In this document: positions 1 through 9,384 of the stretch, piece after piece
Numbering within the stretch: the stretch's first letter is position 1
Layout: each line of letters begins with the position of its first letter
Notes under the pieces: generated by a model
Told to the model about the DNA's origin: nothing
The model's input: the letters and a program-made list of their open reading frames with translations, nothing else
The model's database searches: none
DNA from: Saccharofermentans sp.
GTDB lineage: Bacteria > Bacillota > Clostridia > Saccharofermentanales > Saccharofermentanaceae
Assembly: GCA_024682215.1 (NCBI GenBank)
Contig: JAIKZM010000088.1
Coordinates: 25,345 to 89,344 of the forward strand
Direction: 5' to 3'
Length of the DNA: 64,000 nt
Translations under genes and position numbers: made by a program

Positions 1-796
1 CGCCTGCGAAAGTAACTTTAGATGAGGAAGCGAACTCGTAAGGTCTGTTGGGGTTTCCTGCTTCAGCACACAGAGACAGGATATCGGGGATGTGTCCCCT
101 TTCACTGTCATTCTCAGTGATGTGATGTACAACATAAGCGTTATCCCACATGATCCTGAAATCAGGAGCTGCCGTCTTCATTGAAGCAAGTCTTCTGCAT
201 GTCTCTTCTGAATATACGATTCCGTCAGGATTGCTGTAGCAAGGAACGCACCAGATACCGAGGACCTTGGAATCCTTAACTAAGTCTTCGACAATATCCA
301 TGTCGGGGCCGTTCTCAGTCATGGGAACGGGAATGAGCTCAAATCCGAGTGTCTCGGTTACTCTGAAATGTCTGTCATAACCGGGAGCCGGGCAGAGCCA
401 CTTGCGGCCTTCAACCTGTGCCCAGGGCTTCTCGGACTCGATCTCACCGAAGACCATTGAACGCATGAGAGCGTCGAACATCTGGTTAAGGCTTGAAGAA
501 TTGCCCATGAAGATGTTCTCAATATCGGTATCAAGAACTTCTGCGAACACCTTGCGGATATCATCGATACCTGCGGGGACACCGTAGTTTCTTACATCCT
601 GTCCTTTTTCAGAAAGGAAATCGGAACCAGAAAGCGTCTCGTACATATTGCTTGTAAGATCAAGCTGTTCTGTCGCGGGAACTCCACGTGTCATATTGAG
701 AGAAAGGTTCATAGCCTTGTACTCTTCATACCGCTTAACGAGAAGTTCCTTCTCCTGCTTAAGCTCTTCTGCAGACATTTCCCTGTAGCTCTTCAT
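1..796 (-). CDS. PLP-dependent aminotransferase, class I/II fold (Asp_aminotransf-like), 3' end outside window
   Basis: Manual translation from the ATG at 796 gives MKSYREMSAEELKQEKELL...LSLNMTRGVPATEQL...WLCPAPGYDRHF...VPCYSNPDG...WDNAYVVH. SD-like GAGG upstream. Absent from the ORF track because it runs off the window edge. Confidence 0.85.
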   Translation of the reverse strand, partial: MKSYREMSAEELKQEKELLVKRYEEYKAMNLSLNMTRGVPATEQLDLTSNMYETLSGSDFLSEKGQDVRNYGVPAGIDDIRKVFAEVLDTDIENIFMGNSSSLNQMFDALMRSMVFGEIESEKPWAQVEGRKWLCPAPGYDRHFRVTETLGFELIPVPMTENGPDMDIVEDLVKDSKVLGIWCVPCYSNPDGIVYSEETCRRLASMKTAAPDFRIMWDNAYVVHHITENDSERGHIPDILSLCAEAGNPNRPYEFASSSKVTFAG

Positions 797-957
797 GTCA
801 GATTTCCTCTTTCAAAATGAAATTACGGTTGTTGAAAATTGCAAGTTAGCGGCATATTCCGCCTCAAAACCTCAACAATTATAGTGAAAATGCAATTTCA
901 AAGCAATCAAATTTCATTATTTTATATAGATAGAAGATTTTTCTACAAATTGCACCA

Positions 958-1335
958 CTAAAAAGGAATAAGCTCGATATTTTTAATCATTCCGCTTGAG
1001 TCATGAGTGACCTGGGCAACCAGAAAAATGACGTTACGGTCAAAAAGCCGGTATCTGGAAATAAGATACTCAGTTGTCCTTTCTATCTTTCTTCTCTTCC
1101 GCCGGTCAACCGTCTCCGCAGAACTCGGATATGTGCCTATGTTGCGTCTGGATCTAACCTCGACGACATAGACATCACCTTCCTTTTCAAATACGCAGTC
1201 GAGTTCACCGACATTATGTATTTCAAAGTTCCTGCATATCAGGTTATACCCTTCGCCTGTCATTAATCTGATGACGGCTTCTTCGGCATTATCACCGGTC
1301 TTCCTTTTCATAGTTCTCTTATCTGTACTTTCCAT
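958..1335 (-). CDS. yraN: YraN (UPF0102) family PD-(D/E)XK nuclease
   Basis: GDNAEEA...GYNLICRNF...GELDCV...VVEVRSR...AETVDRRKRRKI pattern; 125 aa. Confidence 0.85.
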   Translation of the reverse strand: MESTDKRTMKRKTGDNAEEAVIRLMTGEGYNLICRNFEIHNVGELDCVFEKEGDVYVVEVRSRRNIGTYPSSAETVDRRKRRKIERTTEYLISRYRLFDRNVIFLVAQVTHDSSGMIKNIELIPF

Positions 1336-1409
1336 ATGAAACTCCAGTCAAAAAAACAATCAAGAATGTTTTAGATACCTCTCGAATTTTTGTTATATAA
1401 CCGTTTTTA

Positions 1410-1438
1410 TTGCAATAAATTATTGCGTAACATATTAT
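1410..1438 (+). promoter_or_regulatory. sigma-A-like promoter of the GGDEF-EAL gene
   Basis: TTGCAA (1410-1415), 17 nt spacer, TATTAT (1433-1438), then SD GAGGGG and ATG at 1467. Confidence 0.55.
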
Positions 1439-1466
1439 TTAATAAATTAATTTGAGGGGTGAAAGA

Positions 1467-3110
1467 ATGGGCGGCGAAAGTATATCCTTTGCAGATATCA
1501 CCGCATCTCTTGAGGCATTCGACGGAAACAGTTTTTCCGGTCAGGCTTTTGCAAATTGCTGCAATCAGCTTTCCATTTCCAAGATCGAGGATCTGGTCTA
1601 TGCTGACGGCAGGCTTATCAAGAGAACAGTCACATACATTTCAGAAGATTCCGATTCAGACTACATCGACAACAATGTCGAATGCGTTGACGGCATCAAC
1701 ATTGTCGTCCGCTATTACCGCCACAGCTTCGCTCCCGTAAATGACGACACCAGATACGATCTGACCGTCATGTTCTGCAAGATCGTCAGCGACTGTATCG
1801 CTCTTGCCCGTACAAAAGAATTGTTCGGCAACATGCGCTATGTAAATCCCGATTCCGGTCTTCACAATCTGAACTATTACCACATGGCAATCAGGAAGAT
1901 CCTGAATTCCGAAGACAGATTCCTCTTTGCATGTGCCTTTATCAGCCTCAAGGGTTTCAACCAGCTCAACCGGTTCTTCGGCTCCGACATCACAGGCAAA
2001 GCCATAAAGATGTTCGCCCAAAAGATCGCGGAATTCGTAAACGAAGAATCCGGTGAGTTTGCCGTCCATGTCGGCGGTGATAACTTCGTAGTAGTTATCC
2101 TCGCTTCACGTCTTGAATCTCTCAAGACTTTCCTTTCGGCTGTACAGGTAAACCTTGAAAGCGACGGCGAGAGTTTCTCGCACATAGTTTCTGCAAGAGC
2201 AGGAATTACAACCATCATGCCCAGACACGTTACATCGAATGATGTTCTAGGTGAATGCTCTATTACCCTTCAGATCGCGAGACGAACCGGTCAGGATTTC
2301 GTCATGTTTTCCGAAAACGGTGCTGCACATGACAATCAGAAGAACATCGCAAAAACGATCTCACGTGCCGTAGATGAAAACAAGTTTCTCATCTACTACC
2401 AGCCCGTTGTTGCCACAGAAGGCATACACCCTGCCCTTTTCGAGGCTGAAGCTCTCGCAAGATGGCCTAGAGACGGAAGGATCACGGCTCCGGATGAATT
2501 CATCGATTACGCCCGTAATTCCGGGATCGTTACCAAGATAGATTTCCATGTTCTCCGTAAAGTCTGTGAAGCGATCAAGCTCTGGACTGCTTCAGGTATG
2601 AAGATCGTGCCCGTCACATGTAATTTCGCTTCCAAGAATCTGTTTAATTCCAGTCTTGTCTCTGACATCCTCGATATCATTGACAGCAATGAGATCGATA
2701 GAAAGCTTATCGGCATCGAATTCTCAGAGCCTGACTTCAAAGGCGGCAGGATCCTCCTTACCCAGGCAACGCAGGAACTTTCAGAAAAAGGCGTTAAAGT
2801 CACCATCGACAAGTTCGGTCTCGGAAGATCTTCTCTCGATCTCCTTCAAGACCTCAAAGCAGATTATCTTAAGTTCGACTTCGGTCAGCTCTCTTTGGAA
2901 GATCCCAGAGGAAGCATTATCGTTAAAGATATGATCAACCTTGCAGAGAATCTTGGTTTCACCGTCATTTGCAAAGGCGTCAAGACACTCGAAGACGCAA
3001 ACGAACTCATGCTATGCGGCTGTACCAGATTCCAGTCATTTATCTATGACAAACCTTTGAGCGAAAGGTTCTTTGAACGCAGGCTCAAGCATCCTGATTA
3101 CGACGAGTGA
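1467..3110 (+). CDS. GGDEF-EAL domain protein with degenerate motifs
   Basis: GFNQLNRFFGS and VGGDNF in the GGDEF domain; YYQP, EALARW and IDKFG in the EAL domain. ATG at 1467 follows GAGGGG. Confidence 0.85.
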   Translation: MGGESISFADITASLEAFDGNSFSGQAFANCCNQLSISKIEDLVYADGRLIKRTVTYISEDSDSDYIDNNVECVDGINIVVRYYRHSFAPVNDDTRYDLTVMFCKIVSDCIALARTKELFGNMRYVNPDSGLHNLNYYHMAIRKILNSEDRFLFACAFISLKGFNQLNRFFGSDITGKAIKMFAQKIAEFVNEESGEFAVHVGGDNFVVVILASRLESLKTFLSAVQVNLESDGESFSHIVSARAGITTIMPRHVTSNDVLGECSITLQIARRTGQDFVMFSENGAAHDNQKNIAKTISRAVDENKFLIYYQPVVATEGIHPALFEAEALARWPRDGRITAPDEFIDYARNSGIVTKIDFHVLRKVCEAIKLWTASGMKIVPVTCNFASKNLFNSSLVSDILDIIDSNEIDRKLIGIEFSEPDFKGGRILLTQATQELSEKGVKVTIDKFGLGRSSLDLLQDLKADYLKFDFGQLSLEDPRGSIIVKDMINLAENLGFTVICKGVKTLEDANELMLCGCTRFQSFIYDKPLSERFFERRLKHPDYDE

Positions 3111-3152
3111 TCGTCTTTTAATTTCGTTACTAATTTTCGGAGGTGTCCTTTT

Positions 3153-4343
3153 ATGATTTCAGAAAGGCTTAAGAAACAGTTGGCCGGAGGTTCGCAGATC
3201 CGCAAGATGTTTGAGGAAGGCAACCGCCTTAAGGCTATCTACGGTGCAGATAAGGTTTACGATTTTTCGATCGGAAATCCCGATCTTGAACCTCCCCACG
3301 AAGTCAGCGATGCGCTTAAGGAACTCGCTTCAAATCCCACGCCCGGCATGCACGGATATATGAGCAACAGCGGTTACGAATCAACACGCGCCGCTATCGC
3401 AGCAAAGAAATCCGCAGAATCAGGTCTTGAGATCGGCAGCGGCGCAGTCTGCATGACTGTCGGTGCTGCATCTGCCATGAACGATGTTCTCCATTCCATT
3501 CTCGATCCCGATGACGAAGTAATCGTCATCGCTCCTTACTTCATGGAATACAACGGTTATATCGCCAACCACGGCGGTAAGCCCGTTATCGTTCAGACAG
3601 ACGACAAGTTCATGCCCGTGATCGACAGCATCAAGGCTGCCATCACTTCAAAGACCAAGGCTGTCATCATCAATTCACCCAACAATCCTTCTGGTGTTGT
3701 TTATCCCGCATCCCTCCTTTCCGGACTCAACGATATGCTCAAGGCACAGGAGCATGTCATCCACGTCATTTCCGACGAGCCTTACATCGATCTCGTCTAT
3801 GACGGAATGACAGTACCCTGCGCACTTAAATACATCGACAATCTCATCGTATGCTTCTCATGGAGCAAATCACTCTCACTTCCGGGCGAACGTATCGGTT
3901 ATACTCTCGTTTCACCCAGGAACGAGGATTACGACGATCTCACAGCTGCCATCGTTCTTTCCAACAGGACTCTGGGCAGCGTAAACGCTCCTGCCATCTG
4001 GCAGAGAGTAATCGAGAAGTCACTCAATGCTAAGGTCGATGTTTCCAATTACGAACACAGAAGAAATCTTCTTTATTCCAACATCATCGATGCCGGATTT
4101 GACGCGGTAAAGCCAAACGGAGCACTCTATATTTTCATGAATACTCCGGAAGGCTTAACCGACGACAAATTCTCTGAGCTCTGTGCTTCTAAGAATCTCC
4201 TTCTCGTCAAGGGTTCAAGTTTCTCCAGACCCGGCTACTGCCGTCTCGCATTCTGCGTCTCAGAGAGCACAATAAAGAACTCACGTCAGGCATTTTTCGC
4301 GATCGCCGAGGAACTCGGCATTTCGCACCGCGCTTCACTCTGA
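3153..4343 (+). CDS. PLP-dependent aminotransferase class I/II (aspartate aminotransferase-like)
   Basis: DFSIGNPD, INSPNNPSG, SDEPY and SWSKSLSLPGERIGY (PLP lysine); SD GGAGG. Confidence 0.92.
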   Translation: MISERLKKQLAGGSQIRKMFEEGNRLKAIYGADKVYDFSIGNPDLEPPHEVSDALKELASNPTPGMHGYMSNSGYESTRAAIAAKKSAESGLEIGSGAVCMTVGAASAMNDVLHSILDPDDEVIVIAPYFMEYNGYIANHGGKPVIVQTDDKFMPVIDSIKAAITSKTKAVIINSPNNPSGVVYPASLLSGLNDMLKAQEHVIHVISDEPYIDLVYDGMTVPCALKYIDNLIVCFSWSKSLSLPGERIGYTLVSPRNEDYDDLTAAIVLSNRTLGSVNAPAIWQRVIEKSLNAKVDVSNYEHRRNLLYSNIIDAGFDAVKPNGALYIFMNTPEGLTDDKFSELCASKNLLLVKGSSFSRPGYCRLAFCVSESTIKNSRQAFFAIAEELGISHRASL

Positions 4344-7300
4344 ACGCAAAGCCCGCAGGGCCTGCTGAAGCGCCGACAAGCAACAGACCGATCATCAAAG
4401 CAGGAGAAGTTTCTTCTCCTGTTTTTGGTATTACGGGACTTTTAAGGCTTAATGTCTGATCTTTGTTTTTCAGATCATTGTGTCTTACGATCTCCAGGTC
4501 TTCTTTCTGTGTTCCGTTCTGCTTTTCCTCATCAGTAGCTACATCAAACAGGTTTTCAAATATGACAACGGAATCACCCAAATTAAGCAAATCCACATCA
4601 AACGAGATCATTACCTCAACGGTTCCGTCGCTCTTTTCGGGTTTGAACAAGACAGTTCCAGTTACCGGATTTCCGTCTTTCATTATCTGTTTTCCGTTTG
4701 TTTTATAAAGAGTTGCAACCGCACAGTAAGTATTGCCTGCGGTAAGTCCCTTATATATGACCTTATCCGTTATACTTGTAATCCCCGAGAGCTGGTCTAT
4801 GGTTTTGGTTCCCGTGCTGCTCCTGGCAACAGTTGTGGCCTGAGGCCTAAAGACTGTCTGGTCTTTATCGTTTATATCCTCATGGACTGCAACGGGGCTT
4901 CCCTGTTTCATGTCAGTCAATCTTTCATATACGACTAGTTCCTTATATTCATATGTCAGTTTCACTTTCTCAAAGAGGACTTCTATCTTTCCGTCTGCAG
5001 TTTTTGCAGTAAATTCCAATGTCTTTACGTATTTTGTTCCGTCTTTGTCCTCATAAGCTTTCCCTGTTGCCTTATCTATTAAGGTTGCCGTGATCTTATA
5101 ATTCTTTCCTTCTTTTAATCCCGTATAAGAAACAGTATCTTTAATGTCTGCCGTTTCAGAATAGTTAAGTGTTTTGGTCCCGTTATTTGAGTCAGAAGCC
5201 GATGTCTTGATCCTAACGGGCCTTATAGTCTGGTCTTCATCATCGACGTCGATGTGCGTGATCAGGCTGATCCCGTCTGCATACAGTTGTTCGCCCGCAA
5301 CAACGGGCCCCGTAAATGCAGTCGTATCAACATGTTCAAATTCGACCGTTACCATTCCGCCGCTCTTTTCCGGTGTGAATTCCTTGAAGCTTGTTATCGT
5401 CTTGCCTTTTGAATCAAGCAAGGGTTTTCCGTTTGTTTTATCAAGGAGCGTGCCGGTCATCTTATATTTCTTTCCCGGTATCAGATTCTTATATGTAACA
5501 TAGTCGGTTATCGTAACGTCCTTGCCGTAAGAAACTATCTTCGAATTATCGTTGCCGCTGAATTCATCGATCTTCTTGTCTATCAGTTCAGTCTTTATGT
5601 CAGGCACCGTTACCTGCTGATCTCTATTTTCTATATCAGTATGTTTCAGATAAAGATGTTCTTTTCCGTTCTGATCGATCAAATAAACCTCTTCCATAAA
5701 GGTAAGTGTCTCACCTTTAAGACCGGATGCATCGATTACGACCGGAATATCAAGCGTTCCGCTCCTCCCGTCTTTATCCTTGATCTTAAGAGTCGTGTCA
5801 AAGGGTTCGGTAACAGACGTTCCGTCAGATCTGACCACCCACGCTTTTACCTTGTATATGTATCCGGGCAGGAGGTTCTCATATGTCAGGGTATCAGTGA
5901 TACCGACGCCCTTTTCCGCAGCGATCTGTTTTGTTCCATTCGCCGTGCTTACCGCCTTTGTTGCGATAGATGTCGGATAATCGTTGAAATAATTTATCTT
6001 TCCGTCTTTTACATCGCTTAAGTTGTTGTCGTATACCGTTGATTCCGAAGCCTTCTTATTTGCGGGATCATTAGACGAACCTTTGACAATGTCTCTGGGG
6101 AAACGGACTACTACAGTCCTTGTCTCGCTGCTGATCTTTGTACCTTCGGGAGCTTTTGTTTCCTTTATCAAATAGGTGCCCTGCGGCACAAGATAATTAC
6201 CGTCTATGTCACAGAACAGAGCATCACCGCTTATGAAATGATCCTGATCGTATGAGACTTTTCCTTCTTCGTCAGATCTGAACACCCATTCCTTGTCGGG
6301 CTTCCTGTCTTTGTAACTGTCATCCTCATAAAAGTCCGCATAATATGAGAGCGTGAACTCCGCATCGGATACCGGGATCATGGAGATGACCTCATCTGAA
6401 AGTCCGCTTGCCTTTACTTTCTTTATGAGCAGATCAAACCGCGTAAATACAGGTTCATCACTGAACTCTATTTCCGCCGTCATGTTTTCAGCAACAGTAA
6501 AATCCTTGGCCTCTTTGTCCAGATACAGTCCATAGCCCGAATGGACCTCTATGGCGGTATATTCTCCTGCAGGAAGACTTAAGGCTCCTTTTTCATCTAT
6601 CGAAGCAACAGCTTTCACGCCTTCAGGATACTTGGCCTCAGATAAGTTTCCGTCTTTTCCGAACACCAGAGTTACGACAGTCATACCGGTTCCTTTATGC
6701 CTGATCTCATATGTCGTTCCTTCAGGCGAATAAAGCCTTGTATCTGCATTGACCGATTCAGGTTCTACGATCTTCTTTCTGAAAAGTCCCTTGCCTGATC
6801 TGACGTCTTCATTGAGGATCATACGGTCTTCGAGGACCTGGTAGATCGCAGGGTCTGCCGAATAATATGTGACAGCTTCATCACCTTCCTGCCGTATCTT
6901 CATTATCAGCGGCTTTGTCGGATCCGGTTTCTTAAATCCCTCCGGTGCCTGGATCTCAGTGATCACATATGTTCCCAACGGGAGCCTGTCACCTGTAAAT
7001 CCCGCGAAATATCCGTTTCCTCCGGATGCCTTGAGACTATTTGCATTTATCACAAATTCCGCCGAGCCTTCCTTATGTGATGATGACGCCAGCGTTACGG
7101 TATCCTTCGGCTTAATGGCAGGTTCACCGTCAGGATCAAACAGATCCTTGTAGCTTTCGATAGTGTATGTATCGTAGTAATCGATCCGGAATAATGCATC
7201 CTGCATACCACTGCCGGTATATTTACCCCAGCCTTCATGGTCTTTCTTCTCTATTACAAGCTTACCGTCAGAACCTACCGGTTCATCCTTGGCATTATAT

Positions 7301-9369
7301 GAAATGGTGGATGCGGTATAGTTTTTCGGTATCAGCTCAAATCTTGCATCAGACCGTTTGTATCCCTTTCCTGCCGAGATCTCGCTGAAATAGTATTTGC
7401 CGTTTATGTCAGGTATCTGATAAGTATCACTTTTGCCGCTCTCATCAAGAACAAACTCATGAAGAAGCGTTCCGTCTTCTTTAAATAATCCGTATTTTGT
7501 TCCGGTTATCGAATAACAGGAATTATTCTCGACCAGCGTTGTATCAGTGGATTTCTTGGTTACCGTTACAAGTGAAGGAAGACGAAAAGTTTCATAATTC
7601 AATACTGCTACATGAGTGTATTTCTTATCGCCTGATCCCGATTCGCTCTTGGAGTAAGCAACACCCGTCGTCTGGTCTCCTCCTGGAGCATCGTAAACTT
7701 TCTTTCCTGCCCCTGCATAGATCGCCGCGTGTGTCCATTTGAATTCTTTTTTGCTGTTGTATCCGCCAAACAGGATGATGCTTCCTTTCATTGCACCGAG
7801 TTTCTTTAATGACGAAGCAAGGCCACCGTTATTTTCAATGTTAATGCCCCCGGGAGCACCAATGTTATGAGGGGATCTCTGAGACCAAGTGGTGCAGCCG
7901 TCAACCAGATGATACTTGCTGTTAGTAAGACTGATGCCGTTAAAAGTTACATTTCCGTTTGACCTTTTGACTCCTGTTATCTTCCCTTTGCTGTCGACTT
8001 TTAGTCCGGTTATCAGTCTTAAAGCCTGAGCATATGCAAGATTAACATATCTCATACAGTCAGCCTGTCCGTTACCGGTTCCGTAATCAGCGCCTTTCAT
8101 TGCTCTGCATGCAGCGATGACTGCGTCACCGAAGATAACGGAATTCCTGTAACCGGCAGCCATGAGATCTTCCTTGGTAGGCCACGTCATCTTTGATTTG
8201 TCTACCGAGAATTCCGGGCCGTCACAGGTTTCATCAATTACATCACTGACTTCACCTTCTTCATTTTCATCATTATCCTTTATATAATCCTTAGCACATT
8301 CGTCTTCCTTCCCGGCTATCAGCCTGCCTGTAAGTATTGCGGCAGCTTCAGATGTAGAATCAGCCTGAATATAGTATTCGACGGCATCACCGTAATTGGA
8401 GATTCCGAGTTTATGTCCTTCTTTATCAAGTGCGCCTGCAGTGATAACGCCTTTGATGCCTGCAGGGATGTATTCAGATGCATTGCTGTTTATATTGCCT
8501 GCCGAAGCCACCACCTTTATCCCCTTGCCGGCAGCTTCTTTAACCAGTGAGACAAACTCACTGTAATCACCGTTGTCTTTAAGAGACATGGCCATGAGAA
8601 TATAATCTGCCTTATGGTCTATCGCGTATCTGACACCTGCATAGACATCTGCGAGTTTTCCTTTTCCGTCGTCGCCTACCGCTTTGACCGATATAATGTA
8701 CGCATCATCAGTTTCGCCCAAGATAAGTCTGGCCATGGATGTACCATGGCCGTTACCGTCAGTTCCGTCATCACCAAGCAGTGATATCTTTTCATTCGCA
8801 ATCTCAGAGCCCGTATCGATCAGCGCGACCTTCGTCTTGGCATTCGGATTGATCTTAACGTCTTTATAAAACGAACCGTTTCCAGTCGAACATAATTCAA
8901 CGCGTCCGTCCAAACTGTAATCTATGTCTTTCTTCTCAAGATCCTTGAGAGCTTTTTCATAGTCAGCCTTGTTCTTAAAAGAAAGAACACACGAACCGCC
9001 GTAATCAACACCTTCTGCCCCCTTGAGCTTTGGCATGCCCTTTTTGGTTGATGCGGCGATCCTGTATTTTCTCGGAAGCTTTGAAACATTCCTGATGAAT
9101 TCCTTGCCGTTCCTTGCAGAACGGACTGCCTCATCTTCTTTGGTCGCGCCAGTGGTCTCGTTAACGATCACAGATTCCGTGGTTCCTGACGTTGTTTCGG
9201 CTGAAGTTTCCCCGGATGTTTCATCGTTTTTTTCAGCCGACGTCTCAGAAGAGACCGGCGCCGTGTCTTCTGTTTCATCAGCAAATACGGGCCTGTACAG
9301 GAACATCTGATTTATGGCGAGCAGCGCTGCAAGTATCACCCGCAGCAGTTTTAAATGTTTCCTCTTCAT
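4207..9369 (-). CDS. Giant sortase-anchored surface protein: signal peptide, S8 peptidase-like domain, NlpC/P60-like domain, SpaA/Cna-B repeats, VaFE repeats, IPKTG anchor
   Basis: Signal peptide ending VFA-DE. S8: IDTG, GHGT, SAGN, STSEAA. NlpC: DCMRYV...WTHAAIY. SpaA-like: YVITEIQAPEGF, YLIKETKAPEG. Four repeats of the VVxxExL...HxDxxDxDQT type. IPKTG followed by a hydrophobic segment and basic residues. Confidence 0.8.
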   Translation of the reverse strand: MKRKHLKLLRVILAALLAINQMFLYRPVFADETEDTAPVSSETSAEKNDETSGETSAETTSGTTESVIVNETTGATKEDEAVRSARNGKEFIRNVSKLPRKYRIAASTKKGMPKLKGAEGVDYGGSCVLSFKNKADYEKALKDLEKKDIDYSLDGRVELCSTGNGSFYKDVKINPNAKTKVALIDTGSEIANEKISLLGDDGTDGNGHGTSMARLILGETDDAYIISVKAVGDDGKGKLADVYAGVRYAIDHKADYILMAMSLKDNGDYSEFVSLVKEAAGKGIKVVASAGNINSNASEYIPAGIKGVITAGALDKEGHKLGISNYGDAVEYYIQADSTSEAAAILTGRLIAGKEDECAKDYIKDNDENEEGEVSDVIDETCDGPEFSVDKSKMTWPTKEDLMAAGYRNSVIFGDAVIAACRAMKGADYGTGNGQADCMRYVNLAYAQALRLITGLKVDSKGKITGVKRSNGNVTFNGISLTNSKYHLVDGCTTWSQRSPHNIGAPGGINIENNGGLASSLKKLGAMKGSIILFGGYNSKKEFKWTHAAIYAGAGKKVYDAPGGDQTTGVAYSKSESGSGDKKYTHVAVLNYETFRLPSLVTVTKKSTDTTLVENNSCYSITGTKYGLFKEDGTLLHEFVLDESGKSDTYQIPDINGKYYFSEISAGKGYKRSDARFELIPKNYTASTISYNAKDEPVGSDGKLVIEKKDHEGWGKYTGSGMQDALFRIDYYDTYTIESYKDLFDPDGEPAIKPKDTVTLASSSHKEGSAEFVINANSLKASGGNGYFAGFTGDRLPLGTYVITEIQAPEGFKKPDPTKPLIMKIRQEGDEAVTYYSADPAIYQVLEDRMILNEDVRSGKGLFRKKIVEPESVNADTRLYSPEGTTYEIRHKGTGMTVVTLVFGKDGNLSEAKYPEGVKAVASIDEKGALSLPAGEYTAIEVHSGYGLYLDKEAKDFTVAENMTAEIEFSDEPVFTRFDLLIKKVKASGLSDEVISMIPVSDAEFTLSYYADFYEDDSYKDRKPDKEWVFRSDEEGKVSYDQDHFISGDALFCDIDGNYLVPQGTYLIKETKAPEGTKISSETRTVVVRFPRDIVKGSSNDPANKKASESTVYDNNLSDVKDGKINYFNDYPTSIATKAVSTANGTKQIAAEKGVGITDTLTYENLLPGYIYKVKAWVVRSDGTSVTEPFDTTLKIKDKDGRSGTLDIPVVIDASGLKGETLTFMEEVYLIDQNGKEHLYLKHTDIENRDQQVTVPDIKTELIDKKIDEFSGNDNSKIVSYGKDVTITDYVTYKNLIPGKKYKMTGTLLDKTNGKPLLDSKGKTITSFKEFTPEKSGGMVTVEFEHVDTTAFTGPVVAGEQLYADGISLITHIDVDDEDQTIRPVRIKTSASDSNNGTKTLNYSETADIKDTVSYTGLKEGKNYKITATLIDKATGKAYEDKDGTKYVKTLEFTAKTADGKIEVLFEKVKLTYEYKELVVYERLTDMKQGSPVAVHEDINDKDQTVFRPQATTVARSSTGTKTIDQLSGITSITDKVIYKGLTAGNTYCAVATLYKTNGKQIMKDGNPVTGTVLFKPEKSDGTVEVMISFDVDLLNLGDSVVIFENLFDVATDEEKQNGTQKEDLEIVRHNDLKNKDQTLSLKSPVIPKTGEETSPALMIGLLLVGASAGPAGFAFRVKRGAKCRVPRRSRKMPDVSSLLCSLRRRMRDGSSRVWRNLNP

Positions 9370-9384
9370 GACTGCCTCCTTTGA

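Noticed and set aside
1336-1451. yraN as a member of the putative competence regulon
   Set aside because: The TTTGTCGGTA element was not found upstream, and no comM or dprA neighbours are present.
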